The position numbers were made by a program, and so were the translations under genes. Below are positions 23,062 to 37,230 of a stretch of 64,000 bases of DNA, one piece after another. Source of the stretch: Antedon mediterranea. Lineage: Eukaryota; Animalia; Echinodermata. Within the stretch, counting starts at the first letter, position 1. Each line of letters opens with the position of its first letter. The notes under the pieces are model-generated. The model was not told the DNA's origin. It ran no database searches and was given only the letters and a program-made list of their open reading frames with translations. Location of the stretch: positions 35,656,437-35,720,436 of the forward strand of contig NC_092672.1 in the NCBI RefSeq assembly GCF_964355755.1, read 5' to 3'.

Positions 23062-26000
23062 TCATTCTAAAAGCCAGTAGTTGTTAAATTTATCCAGTTT
23101 GCCTGAAAACAATCCAGAGGGCGCTTCAAACTCCAGCGGGACATGCTTCACTTTCTTGTTGATTTCGGTTGTAAACATCTAAAAAGGGGAACATAAAAGA
23201 ACACAAGAATGAAAAAATATAATTAATTTGATTATACTGTACTGTCTTTACTACTTTATAAAATCAGATTGTCTTCTACACTCGTTTCTGGGTTCGAATC
23301 GTAAAGCAATCATACTGTACTTAGAAATAATATTGTCCCCCTAAAAAACAATTTTTTTGTTGAATATGCCATTTTAATGTCACATAATAGTTATTCACTT
23401 TGACCAAAAACTGGATTGAAAAAAAATTATTTTCCTGAAAAAATGTAATTAAAAAAAAAAATTAAAAATACCTAAATTGTCTGTCAAACAATGGTTTTTG
23501 GTTAAAATTAACCGTTTCTTAAATAATTATTTTTTTTGATTTTTTTTAAACAGAAGTGAATAAATTTATTAAAACTGCGAAATGGCCTATTCAAAGTCTG
23601 ATTTGTTTAATCTTTATTTTTGGGGACAATACATCTTTAATTATTATTGTGGTGACCCTATATGAATGACACTAATTCTGTAGAACCAGATTTACTTTTC
23701 TAAAAGGAATGTGTTTACAAACCTCATCATAAGAACTTTCATAAAAATCCGTTAAATCCCATTCAACTTTTGGAAATGGTCTTTCAATGCTGCCTGCTGT
23801 AGTGGCTACACTAGGAAGATAGTGATGCTTTAGTGTTTTTAACTCCCAGAGGGAGCTCGCTAATGCTCTGCATTTAGACGGGTCTGTCTCATCCGCCAGG
23901 AATGGGTCATCTGGTGAATATAAAATAATTTGTTGTCAGGGAACGATCCAGGATTTCCAGGAACGGGGGAGTGCTAACATAATAATAAGTTTTAATATCA
24001 AAAATAAATATCAAAAAGTAGTTCATAATTTTATTTTAGCGGTCTTTATAATTCGTCGGCTTAGAAAAGAAGATCCAAATTGGCATTTTAAGGAAATAAA
24101 ACTTAATAGAAACTTTCTCATGTGATGCTTCCTCACAAATTTTAAGAAGATTCTTTTTTATCTTTAAATGTTGACGTTTTAGTTGTTTCGCCCAGGGGCG
24201 CTCAATTTAAAGCTTGCTTGCTGTGGCGTCCCTTTTCCACTTATATATTTCTTTTCTTGCATTATATTCATTATGTTACTCTGTATTTTGTTCTATTATT
24301 TGTGAAAATAAATATTATTATTTTATAAGTATTTTATATATAATAAAGTATTCACGCGATATGCAAATTAGAATGTACATACCTTTCATAGCTTCCGTGT
24401 CTCTTGCAATGAGTGTCTTACAAGTTGGATGACGCTTGATTAAGTTGCAAACAAACGGGACAACAAGCATCACAGCTGGTGGGGGCGCTGTCAGTGCTAA
24501 GCTCGACAATTTTTTAGCAAAGGCTGCAACTAAATATGCTGGTAAATGCCTATAAAGAAATAAATAATTGTATTTATTAAGCACTATTGAACTAGTTTGA
24601 TAAAAAAAAAGTGTGCTCACAATATGGTAGTGATGCTTAAATATGGTAGTGATATGATATCATCATGTCCATATAAGGGCACATCACATTTTTTGATAGT
24701 GTAGACAGAGCTTTACTTTGCTGAATTTAGTAAACATTTACATTCAAAATTCACACAACCAAATGTACATTGGGTATATTTTAGGTTATAAGTCAAGAAT
24801 CTTGCATTATTTTCAAATATATATTCAAATGGTACAGTAATACCGAGTGCAAAGATCAAATTAAGTATTGAACCAAATGAAGGCGTATATTGGAAGAATG
24901 TGAGCATAATACTTACGAAGACGAGAGGAAAAGGTTGGTCAGGTAAAAAAAACGTGCTTTGTATTTCACATGGAATATTGAAGGCTCCAGTAACGAGTAC
25001 AGCTTCTTGTAAAACTCTGGATATTCTCTACAAAAAATATGATCAAAGAAATGTATCAAAAACATAAAATATTAAGTAAGTTCGCCCAGGTTTATCGGCA
25101 ATAGCGTGCACAACACATGTGGGAAGGATTTGGGAGCAAACGTCACAACGCGTACGTACTTGATTTGTTGCTTGGACATACGTGTGATGATGTTTGCTAC
25201 CAACTCTTCCCATTGCATTGCATTGTGAAATGAAGTTCCTTGCAAAATTTGTTTATTTGTGATAAATCTTACGTAAAGTGGAGGGGCATAACATCAGCAT
25301 GAAATAAGAGTTTACAAATGATGATGAATGGTATGCTACTTACAGATTATGTTGAGTCATCAAGATGAAGATAGCATTTAGGGCCAATAGGCTAATAGCG
25401 CCACCTGTCAAAGAATAAAAATATAGAAATCTATTTGACCTATTATAGCAGAAACGATGGAGAGTCAAAATCCAACGGTATCGCGGATACGTCAACTTGT
25501 ATCAGAGAGCCAGTGGCGTTATAGAGAGGCCCCTAGTATAGGAACCCTAAGTGGCACACCAACGCTGGATGCCTCGGGCGTTTTTAGCCTTTTTCGACAT
25601 ATTTTAATGCCGGTTTTCTTTCTCTGGGAACTGCTCCGGGCACTGCTCCGGGGCCCCTGGGTTAGCCAGCAAGCGCTCACAGCTGTGAGCTCTCACAACG
25701 GCTGTGAGCGCGAGAGAAACCCTGGAATCGACATGCTAATGTTTTCGTCCAGCAGTGTGGACAGACAATGGGTGATTATCTGCATTCTATATTTGGTGGG
25801 ATTATTTTAAAGAATCGCTGATAAATAAAATGCCTGTAATGTTTACTTACCAATATTATATGATGCCGTTAAGAAATCTGTTAGCATAACTGGACTGCAA
25901 TGTTTACTTACCAATATTATATGATGCCGTTAAGAAATCTGTTAGCATAACTGGACTGCAATGTTTACTTACCAATATTATATGATGCAGTTAAGAAATC

Positions 26001-29000
26001 TGTTAGCATAACTGGACCGCAATGTTTACTTACCAATATTATATGATGCCGTTAAGAAATCTGTTAGCATAACTGGACCGCAATGTTTACTTACCAATAT
26101 TATATGATGCCGTTAAGAAATCTGTTAGCATAACTGGACTGCAATGTTTACTTACCAATATTATATGATGCCGTTAAGAAATCTGTTAGCATAACTGGAC
26201 TGCAATGTTTACTTACCAATATTATATGATGCCGTTAAGAAATCTGTTAGCATAACTGGACTGCAATGTTTACTTACCAATATTATATGATGCTGTTAAG
26301 AAATCTGTCAGCATAACTGGACTGCAATGTTTACTTACCAATATTATATGATGCCGTTAAGAAATCTGTCAGCATAACTGGACTGCAATGATTACTTACC
26401 AATATTATATGATGCCGTTAAGAAATCTGTTAGCATAACTGAATTGAAATTTATATTTATACTGGGTAACCTCTTCAGTCAAAGACTGGTCTCCCAGAGG
26501 GCCCAGTTGGTGATCAGTGGCTGTGATGTACTAATACACCGGGGTAACCCCCTACTCGTCTCGAAAGATGTACTAGGTTCTTTAAAGTGCACACGAGCTA
26601 GATGTGTACACTGGACCTACGGTTTATAGTCCTTATCCGAGAAGACTCGTTCTACCACCAGAACCATGGAGTGAGTGAGCCTCGAACCCCTGCCGATGTT
26701 ATGGCTACGTAATTACGGTTCCACTGTCTTAACCGCTCGGCCACTCACACTTAACCGCTCGGCCACTCACACTGGACTGGACTGCAATGTTTACTTACCA
26801 ATATTATATGATGTCGTTAAGAAATCTGTTAGCATAACTGGACTGCAATGTTTACTTACCAATATTATATGATGCCGTTAAGAAATCTGTTAGCATAACT
26901 GGACTGCAATGTTTACTTACCAATATTATATGATGCCGTTAAGAAATCTGTCAGCATAACTGGACTGCTCATATGAGGAATAACCTTATCGTGCATCATA
27001 AACAGAACAGTTTTGTAGGTTTGGAGCGGGAGTGATAATAGAAGGAACGATAACCACGCATTTGAGAATGCTTTACGCTGCTCCTGCAAAAAACAAGACA
27101 TATACTTATTTTATTTTTTTTATTTAAAACATAATTAGACAGGATAAAACCTATCTATGGTACTGGTCGTACTGGTTCAAATAACCGTCTCACAGAGACA
27201 TCTGGTAGCCATTGACTTAAAGTTGGCATTTGGATGTGTTACTTTTAAATGTACAGTATGTTTTTGTCATGGCATTTTTTATCGGTATAGATATTGCACC
27301 TGTTTTACATATTGTCCTGTTTATTAGAGCAATAGATTAAAAACATTCATAAAAGAAAAGCTTAAAATAAAACTTTAAAACCACAATACAAAGACAGACA
27401 AGAATTACAATGTTAAAAAGATATGAAAAATAAAAGGGAAATATAAAATTAATTGTTTACAAATATAGTAATAGAATAGTCTAAAAAAAGAAAATTTCAC
27501 ATTTCATTTGTTGTTATGAGATTTGGATTTTTTGCTTGTTATGCAAATTCACACAACCTTTGACCCACCACTTGGGGTGGGGGGGAGAGAGGGTTATGGT
27601 TTGGGTAATGGAATATCAAATTGAACAGAATTGTACTGTAAAAGTTGTAACCTACAGCTGAAGAACACCAACAATTATCCCTCAGAGATTCTAACCTTTA
27701 ATTGTGTTGCCCTAATTTCCTCATCATCAGGTGGCAGCGGAGTTAAGAAATTACTTAGACAGTCTTCTGTTGGCATGGTAACCTGTTCCAGTAAACAAAG
27801 TGTGTTCTTACAGAAAAGTTCTTCTTCCATCTATTGAGAAAAAAAAAAAAAATTCAAATAAATTTGATTCTCCCATGAACTATGGAATTATAACGATAGT
27901 GAATTATAATGGGGATGTGGTTGCGGACTAGTCCATTATGGTCCAGGAGTGTTATAGGAACTTTTACATTTCGTATCTAAGCCCTCCCTCTGGCTATTGT
28001 CGGTTTATCCAGGTAAGCTAGGCACGATATAGACACTGAATTATAATGAGGATTTTGGAAATGAATAGCAACCATGTCAAAATTATTATACTGCAATTAA
28101 TGCAGTAAATAAAGTTAACCCGTTTATACAATGATTTAGAAAGTCTTTTGTTTGTTGTAATCATACACATAATTATTTTCAGTAACTGCCTCATAAAGTT
28201 CTATATTGAAATAAGCTGAAATCATGATATAAATTGTAGTTACTGCAGTAACTGCAGTAGAAAAGTTGACATGATGTCGAAATACCTTTTTCTGGGCAGC
28301 ATCCAGTTTCTGTACTCTGCTGTTAGTTTCGCGAATCTTTCCACTTACAACTTCTAATGTATAAAATCTCATGTCATCATATTCTAAATATTCCTGGAAC
28401 CTGTTCATCAAATGAGTGAAATCCTGCATACTTGATAAAAGGCACGTCAACAATTTCTGTAAAAACAATCCAACATGTAATTAATTGAGGTACATTGCAG
28501 AGATATAGCTAGAATCAAATATAAGGCATTTAAACATTGAAGGTTTTATACAAATCCTTCTTAAGTCCTGTTCAGACTACGGAGTTACACTTGTGTATTG
28601 TACGCTGAGTACAACTACATAGGTTTGAACCAGGAAAAGATTAGTGGAAGGCATAACTACACGGATCTGATCATACCCATAGCTAGAATAAAATATAAGG
28701 TTTTATACAAATCCCTCTAAAGGCATGTTCAGACTACGGAGTTATGCTTTTGTATCGTACTACTCCATAGGTCTGAACCTGGAAAGGATTAGTGGAAGGC
28801 ATAACTACACAGATCTGATCATACCCATAGCTAGAATAAAATATAAGGCATTGAAGGTTTTATACAAATCCCTCAAAAGGTACCTGTTCAGACTACGGAG
28901 TTATGCCTTCGTATCGTACTACTCCATAGGTCTGAACCAGGAAAGGATTAGTGGAAGGCATAACTTCTTGGATCTGAACATACCCACAGCTAGAATAAAA

Positions 29001-30738
29001 TAAGGCATTTAAACATTCAATCTTATATACAAATCTAAGTTAGACATTTCCATTCCATAATTTGGAATTTTACAAATTATTCCTTTTCAAATCAATTTCG
29101 AATCATTTTTTATATGTATATATTTTATATGTATTTATATGAATAAAGTAATTGGTGAATATATGCTTTCTCCTTGGAATTTATATTTAAAAAAATTAAC
29201 GATGGTTTAAAAATAATGTACAGTACCTCTAAGGGTGACCTTGGAAAGAAATAACCTTGGTTCTGCTTCAATGGATTCCTAGACTCTGCCTCCAGAAGTT
29301 TTACAATGGTGCACATAGCAAGCTCCTGAGGAATGAAATAGATTATAATAATATGATGGTGTGGTTTTAATACTTTAGTGTATTTAGGGAGTTTAGCTAG
29401 AAAATTAGCATAAATATTTGGTAACATTTATAGAAAAGCAATTCAGTAGACTCTCTCTGTTAGTATTCTAGTGAGCATTTTGATTTTTGTCTGCAAACTA
29501 GATTCTAGGTAAAGTATGAAAGGCCAAATGTGCCAAAATGTCTATCTTTTTACCAATGTCAAATTGGCACCAAAAAGAGTACTGTAGTTTACAGAAAACT
29601 AAATCAACCCCACTATACTGTAACTCTATAAGTGAACGTCACTCTATAGAGGGCGTTTAGGGTGAGACCTCATGGGTTTAAAGATGGAGAGACCCATGTT
29701 TTAAATTCATGTTGGAACAACCCAATAAAGTTTTGTATTTATAGCTGGATATCAAGACTTTAGTGATTGATTACTACCACGATACGATCATAAGTTACAA
29801 TACCATCCTTCCAGTCCCCATCGACCCCGACCCCCATTTCTCCTTCGCTTGTGCCATTCCTCACCTGTGTGATTGGTTTGCTATTTTTGTTTGCAATCAC
29901 ATCAATGAGACATTGAATGCAGTCCTTGTATCTATCTTGTAACCATTGTTTATATTTCTTATCCTCTTCATCTTCTTTAATAATCATCTCTTGTTTAGCA
30001 AGAAGCATGGTGAATATTCTACTGAGACCTTTAATGGCAGCTGTGACAATTGATTTATCTGCATCCTGTTGGTGTAAAAATTAAAAAACTACAATATTAG
30101 TAATTACCATTATTACTGGCAATAAACAAAACATTTTAAATTTCTTTCAATTTAAATTTATACTTCTTACTTTAAATGAAATTAGCCATACAGTAACAAT
30201 TTAAATTTGTTTTAAAACACACACAATAATCGCATATACTACTTTCTATAGACCAGCTATTCATATTGCTCCTGCAAAATTCAGTTCCTTGATTCTTAAA
30301 CAAAAACTTGATAAATAGTAAACACCCTAAAAATGTATATAATATTAAAAAGCATTGGTTTGGACTAATTGAGACGTTCTGGCTCACAAAGTGGGACGTT
30401 TCGACCCAATAGTAAGCCGATTTGTTAAACCCGAAATGGGCAGAATCGTCCCGGATTCAATTTTCCTGGGCCAGGTAGTACTACAGTACTTCTACTAATA
30501 CTTAGTAATAATAGGCCTAGCTAAGCGCTAGTAGTAGGCCTGTCTAGCGGCCAAGTCTAGTTGCTATATATGCTCATTGTTGAATTTATTAAAGAAATAC
30601 ACTTACATGTGTCAACTTCAATATGTCTATTATACAATTTGAATTCTTCTTTCCAGATAATGACTGCTCTACTTTGCTTTTTATCCCTTTTAAAAGCTGT
30701 TTTTTTAAGTCGCACATTGCTTTACTGGGCGCAGCCAT
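23062..30738 (-). CDS. NOC4L: Nucleolar complex protein 4 homolog; exons 30738-30607, 30065-29865, 29325-29227, 28456-28286, 27830-27696, 27083-26921, 25404-25344, 25027-24917, 24549-24383, 23910-23723, 23178-23062
   Basis: RFQEYLEYDDMR, FSNAWLSFL, MLTDFLTASYNIGGAISLLALNAIFILM, NLEYPEFYKKLYSLL, HLPAYLVAAFAKKL, ALASSLWELKTLKHHY (CBF/Mak21 domain); canonical splice sites. Confidence 0.95.
25838..26968 (-). repeat. 61-bp tandem repeat made of the 3' end of NOC4L exon 6 plus its 5' splice site; about 10 copies at 25838-26441 and 3 at 26780-26968
   Basis: Unit on the minus strand: CAGTCCAGTTATGCTAACAGATTTCTTAACGGCATCATATAATATTG|GTAAGTAAACATTG. Confidence 0.95.
26442..26772 (-). mobile_element. 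tRNA-derived SINE with a Deu/Nin-like central domain
   Basis: Minus strand: A box GTGGCCGAGCGGTTAAG, B box GGTTCGAGGC, core TCGGATAAGGACTATAAACCGTAGGTCC...GCACTTTAAAGAACC, AT-rich tail. Fragments at 12560-12686 and about 22428-22490. Confidence 0.75.
28490..29030. repeat. About 158-bp tandem repeat, about 3 copies, in a NOC4L intron
   Basis: GTTCAGACTACGGAGTTA recurs at about 28570, 28727 and 28887. Confidence 0.9.
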
Positions 30739-33700
30739 TTTACTTAATATGATACTTCAATTCTAAAACTGAGGGCGCAATTGTCAAACGAAATAGGGTA
30801 TTGAAAAATATTATCATATATTAAATTTAAAAGGATATGCCTATCTGGTTTCAAATAAGCTTAATTTTAAATTTATTTTTAATATATTATATACATTTTA
30901 AAAAAAATTACTGTGTGTATTAAAAAGATATTCATTAAAATAATTACAAACAAAGTTTGAAAGGCTTATTATAGCTTGAGAACTCTATCAAATGAATCCA
31001 TTCCAGATTTGGACCAAGACCTTGCATGCAAATTAAAAAACAACATTTTCTTTTCTACCAACAGTACTGGTATGTCAATGCCAGGTAAACAAACACAAGA
31101 CAATTTTGATTTCTAATAAGCATCTATTCCTTTATTAAATTTCAAATGATACAAAAAAAATTATAAAAGAAATTAAGCAATAATCAAATGAATATTCATA
31201 TTTTAAAATCAAAATAGTTATTTATGGTAAGCAGCTTTTTGATATCGTTGAAAGGTTAAAGTTCACTGTTAATTAATGGTATCTGTTAAGCCTTTTCACG
31301 TCTACACTATCAAACTTTATGTGACAAAAAATGTGATGTGCCCATATATAAACATGAGAGATGTCATATCTACCATATTTGGGCATATCACTATCATATT
31401 TGGACACATCACACTTTTTTTGTCAAATTAGTTTGATAGGTGTAGACAGAGCTTTACACATTCTATGATAAATTTAACAATCTATTTGAAATGCGTCATA
31501 GTACAAACATTCTGGTGTGAGTTCCACTTGGCACGAGCTACACAACATTTTAAAAATATTGATTTGTAATTATACTATAAAAAAAAACATTGACAGCTGT
31601 ATATAATGACCTGGTTCTGTGGAAATATGTTTACATTATCATTTTGCATTAAAACATATGGTGTTTAAATGACATATCAAACATAACAGCATGGTATTGA
31701 ATAGTTGGTATTACATACACAAACAATTATTATTGTTATTTCTACATTTACTGTAAAGAAATTGATTCATTATTCAACCTGCTTTTTTTCATGTATTTTT
31801 CAATTTTCATAAATATTATAAAAGACATATAGCACGTATCCACTGTAAAATGATCCATAGATTCTAGTATAAGCCCACCCATTAAATTTGGGGTAGTGAT
31901 TTGTTCAGATATGAGCTCAACCACCTAAAAATTCCAGGTTTTAAGCTGCCACAATATGAGTTTGTAGTCAATGAAGATGAGGCTACGATATTCAAGATGC
32001 TCTAAACAAATTCTTGTTATTTTTTAAACATAAATTGATACATTATTAAATGTACATAAATATCAAATGATAAGTAATAATTAAAAAATCAAAATTAATA
32101 AGTCTTATGTTATCGGAAGTACAACCGATACATATACATTTTTCTTAAATCATACATTATTATATAAACAAACATACATTGATAAATTATTAAATGCACA
32201 TAAATACCAATTATAAGTAATTAATTAAAAAATCAAAATTAATAAGTCTGATATTATCGGAAGTACAACTGATATATATAAATTTCATCAAGGTATTAAA
32301 ATTGCACGTTAATTATTAAAAATAAATAATTGGTTTGAGGATTAATTAAGTACATTATCTTAATTACATGGATAAAGTATGAAATAAATAATAATCATAT
32401 TTCAAATTATAAGATTAACCTTAATATTAATTTACATAGGAAGGACGAAAGACCGTACAGGATTAAGTACATGATAATTATATGCATGAGAATGAAATAT
32501 ATAATATATAAAAGTTGCATTCATAATTCTAATTTACAGGATAAATATTAACTATTAATAGACATAAATTTACAAGACAGTATTGAGTTCATTACTTATT
32601 AAATTTCGTACTTAAAAAGATCATTAATATTTTAATTACATGCATAATTGAAGTGTCTTAAATAATACAATATAGTTTTCAAGTAACTAATAAGTACACT
32701 ACTTTTTATGGCTTCTTTAATGGGAAAAAATTATATTAATATTAACAGGGGCAGGGTGAGGATAGCACTATTTATTAATATTTTAATATCTATTTTTGAA
32801 AGAAATACTGGATCCGCTCGGATTAATTTAATATAACGCTATACTGTATGAATTAAATTTATACTTAAATAATAATCTTTTTTAATTAACCGATCTGTAC
32901 ACCAGTACTTTTCTAAATTCATACTGCACATAATAATTATAGATTTAATAATAAGTTTTATAATCCTTGCTTGTGCACTCACAAATTATTTAAAAATATT
33001 ACACACACACTTGATTAGAAATTGACAGTACTACATAAGTAGTACTGATACTAAATTAGTGGTCCCTAGTTGGAGGCTTTAATATAGCACACAGCACACA
33101 GCAGTGAATTGAATCCTCTTTAATGGGACCACTATCTAGGTGAAAAAATGTGTTCAATATTATGTTTTTTAACAAAAAAATATCAACCATACGTGCACTT
33201 GACACACACAATTATTAATTCCTAGTAAAGTCTACCACAAAGCGGCCTTGTTTATTAGTATTATTCAGTTTGGAAATTAGCAATAGAGCATCGATCTTTC
33301 GTTTTATAATTAAGTGACAAATAATGAACACATTATACTTTGATCAGTTTCAACGAGGGACCTCTTCAAACTACCTTATTCTCAGACTGTATGGACAACA
33401 TTCTGGAAGATGATAATACTAATGTACCAGGATTTGAAGTAATAATAATAATAATAATAATAAACTTTATTTAACAAATGTATCACATCAGCGGCACACA
33501 TTTACAAGGCAATATAAAACAAAAAGAAAAGTAACATTTCATATTATTAATAGAACATACATATATTAATATCTCTATGAGTAGATTGACATATTTAATA
33601 TTAATATATTCTGTATTTAATTTTAGCTATAAAAAAAATTGGGGAGGGAGGGTGGGGGGAGTGTGCACCGCTAATGACCCCCTGGATTTTTGTAATTATT

Positions 33701-35628
33701 CTTTCATTTTTATGATGAAAATTATAAAAAATCAATATAAAAAATACATAATTTTGAATTATATAAAATAAAATGTGTTTAAAAGTTTATTCCATGAAAA
33801 TAACCATCTTTTAGACATTGTATTATTTCCTGGGAGTATTGTTAAATTTGATCATAGAGATTACAGCAGATTCAGTAAAAATAATCAAAATTAGATGATC
33901 TGTAATGTAGTCATCCACAATGATGAATAAGATTTAGAATGTGCATTATTTATATAATATTGGATATTGTATACATTGGAACTATGGGTTGTTGTATTAA
34001 ACAAAGACATCAAACAGAGCAGCATACTATTTCCTCAATCAACCTTAGAAATAAAAACCTAAAAAATCCCCCAAATTATTTGTCTTATCATGACTGTACT
34101 TAGCTGATTTTTTTAGTTTAGGCAAATTTCATAAATTTCACAGTAACATAGGCACATCCGGCCTCAATGTTTTCTTGCATAGCTACTATAACCAAACATT
34201 TTCATCATATATATTTATATATACAGATACATGTACTGTAATTAAATACCTGCATCACTCTTTTTTATCTGTGTTTTGCTAGGAAAATTGATTGTTAATT
34301 TTTGTATTATTCTCTAGTTGTATTATAATTTTTGTAATGTATTATTGAAATGAAAGATTGAAAGAAAAACAAAATGTTCACAGTAACATAGGGACATCCC
34401 TCAATACAGCGTTACATGTGACATTTTTCACTATGTCTCCAAATAATCACTAATTTTGTGGGTTAAATTGGGGAGAGGAAACATCATATCACTGTCCATT
34501 ATGTATATAATATTGGATATTGTGGGGTGAGGGGAGGAAACATCATCATATCACTGTCCATTATTTATAAAAATATTGGATATTGTGGGGGTCGGGGAAA
34601 GGAAACATCATCATATCACTTATTGTCTTAAGCGATTGAAGATAATACTACTTTTGACAACAAATGACAAATAGAAAGTATAATGCATTATTCATCGTAT
34701 GGTTTGATGTCAAAAGTAGATTATCTTGGAATAATATTCATATAAAGCACACATAGTACATCAAAAACATTGGAACATTATTCAAATGTAATTACTCAGT
34801 TGATTAAAGTGTTGTAGAAAGGTAAATGGATGCAGAATGACAATTTTACACATTGGTGTTGTTTTTTTTCTGGAAAGGATTTAAGTAATTACGAAAAAAA
34901 AAGCAGATGAGGATAGAAATAAAAAGTGATTTTGGAAAGTTTACAAGGCTTTTAAAAAAAATTGATAAAAAAAAAATTCCACTAGCATTGCAAACTTTTG
35001 CCAAACAAGGAAGCAAATTAAAAAATGCACATAAAAGTTGAATTAAATACAGAAATTGACACCTTTTATAGAAAAGTAACTATTTAAAAAAAAATTACAA
35101 CCAACAGCTACCTAAGTTTATGAATATTATGAATCTCATTAGCTAGGTTTGAAAGTTTCTATAAAATTGAAAAATCTGTCCATTGATAAGATAAATTCCA
35201 AGCTCTGATACAGAGAGTGGTGTTGATGATTATAAATAATAAATACTGGAAATAATTTTAGGCTGTCCTGAATTCATTCATACATACACACTACTGATGG
35301 TATACAGTTTACAATATAATCTATTTTAAGGTACAATTATTTTTAAAAGATTTGATGTAAATTTAAACAACAAAAGTTAATTTACAATATAATAAATTTT
35401 ATTTTAAATTATTCTACTTATTGTTATTACACATTTTCTTGCTAATTTCAAATATAAATTGCATCTATCTATTAATTTTCTAGAAATTAATTTGTATTGT
35501 ACAGAAATATTATGCTATAATCTACAATCATACATTATACTGTATAATAAATTTTCTTTTAATTATTTTACTTAATGCACAATGAATTTCTAAATCAAAC
35601 TTTGCATGTTGAACCAAAAAAATAATAT

Positions 35629-36621
35629 TTAAATTAATTTTTCTTCCTCAAAGCATTGCTTATCTTCTTGCTTGGTGTCTGATGGTAATTGGTTTAGATA
35701 TCCCAGCGTCCTTATTGCTTGATACTGATCTGGGATCTCCATAAGAACGTTCAACGCAAACGCAGCTTCTGCATATTTTGATTTAGTATAAACTTCATGA
35801 AAATTTACAAACTGAAAATTATCAAATTTTCTCCTTGGTAGATTATCATCAAAATTGACAAGGTTGTGCCAGGGACCATCCCCAACGCCGATAACAACGA
35901 TACTAATAGGGTACGACGATGCTTCAATGATCGCGTTTGCCGTTAAGTCTTCGTCTTTAACTTGGCCGTCTGTTATTATCAAAACTATATGGTACGACCG
36001 CTTTTCTTTTACTATACATATGGCTTTGCGTATAATAGGTGCAAAACTTGTTGGTCCTCCAAGAGCAACCTTCGACACCATTTCGTTGTAATATTCAAGC
36101 ACCTCCATAAAACCGTTACATGGAGTACCGTTTGATTTGAAAGGGAACACGTTCTTGTCTTTAACTTTTGCATCTCCAAAACCGTATGCAGGGATTAAAT
36201 GATCAGAATCAAAGTTTTCAAGGGTAGCACCGATACAAGCGATCACTTTTTGATACGGGTTAAACAATTTGCCGTTTACGAGTTCGTGAAGACAACGCGC
36301 ATTGAACGTTTTCCGTCCTTGCCATTCGTTACTTGCGGTAAAATCCACGGCAATGATAATATCGCTTCTTTCCATTCCCGCTTTTTTAATAGCAAACGCG
36401 ACTTCATCATAAGTTTTGAACTTATCTGCAAAAGCAGTAAACGTTTCGCATTCATTCTGCTTAAAACCGAGACTTTCAAATAAACTGGTCTCGGTGAATC
36501 TAGTTTCTCTTTTACTTGATATTTCATCGTGTTCTTTCTGATTCTTAGGCTGGTAGAAATGTATCAGGACAAGATAGAGAAAAAATCCTGTTAGAAATAA
36601 AAGAGCAGACATATTGACCAA
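35629..36621 (-). CDS. Copine-family vWA-domain protein (RGLG/copine-like) with an N-terminal hydrophobic anchor, single coding exon
   Basis: IIAVDFTASNEWQG, NPYQKVI, IPAYGFGD, LGGPTSFAPII, VLIITDGQV, ASSYPISIVVIGVGDGPW, RKFDNFQFVNF, LMEIPDQY. Acceptor at about 36650 and a probable non-coding exon ending at the donor near 37849. Confidence 0.93.
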   Translation of the reverse strand: MVNMSALLFLTGFFLYLVLIHFYQPKNQKEHDEISSKRETRFTETSLFESLGFKQNECETFTAFADKFKTYDEVAFAIKKAGMERSDIIIAVDFTASNEWQGRKTFNARCLHELVNGKLFNPYQKVIACIGATLENFDSDHLIPAYGFGDAKVKDKNVFPFKSNGTPCNGFMEVLEYYNEMVSKVALGGPTSFAPIIRKAICIVKEKRSYHIVLIITDGQVKDEDLTANAIIEASSYPISIVVIGVGDGPWHNLVNFDDNLPRRKFDNFQFVNFHEVYTKSKYAEAAFALNVLMEIPDQYQAIRTLGYLNQLPSDTKQEDKQCFEEEKLI

Positions 36622-37088
36622 CTATCTCAATCATCGTCTGACTTACTACCTGAAAAGAGAATAAATTCTATTATTTCATATTACAGGTTAAAAAGATATC
36701 ATTAATCCAAAATAATACCAAGGTTTATAGGTTTATGGCGTTGTTACCATGGAAACCTAAACTAAATGGTAATCTACTTGAATTTGTCTTGGCACTAATT
36801 GCTTCGTTTTTAATTTGAAAATTAACCAAGCTACGGCAAATATTGGTTTTGTAAATGATAGACGCGCTTAACAAATTTGGTTTCATTTCTGTGTTACACT
36901 TTCTTTTCGAAGTGAATATGCCTGCTTAATTTTTTAAGCCATGGAATTGGAAATTATGTATGTTCATATTTAAATTACCGGTTACCGGACTGCCAAATAA
37001 ATAAGTTTGTGATTATTCGAATGGCATCATGTATTTAGTATTGTTAATCTGCATTTCTACAGACAGACTATATAATATGGTATGTTAG

Positions 37089-37230
37089 TGCTTTCCAGTT
37101 AAAGAAATCCTGGATCCGCCCCTGCTGGACCCGCCCCTCCTGGATCCGCCTCTCCTGAACCGCGCCCCCGCTAGGCCCGCCCCTGCTGGACATGCCTTTC
37201 CAGGACCCACCCCTCCTGGATCCGCCCTGT
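37089..37230. repeat. 15-bp GC-rich tandem repeat (CTGGATCCGCCCCTC-like), about 9 copies
   Basis: Direct reading; the unit resembles the hAT-MITE terminus CAGGGGCGGATCCAG. Confidence 0.8.

Noticed and set aside
25457-25810. 117-aa GC-richer ORF antisense within a NOC4L intron
   Set aside because: No recognisable domain or splice context; more likely a repeat remnant.
25838-26441. Regular array resembling a CRISPR
   Set aside because: Units are contiguous and near-identical with no unique spacers, there are no cas genes, and the context is a eukaryotic intron. The same applies to the 68-bp arrays.
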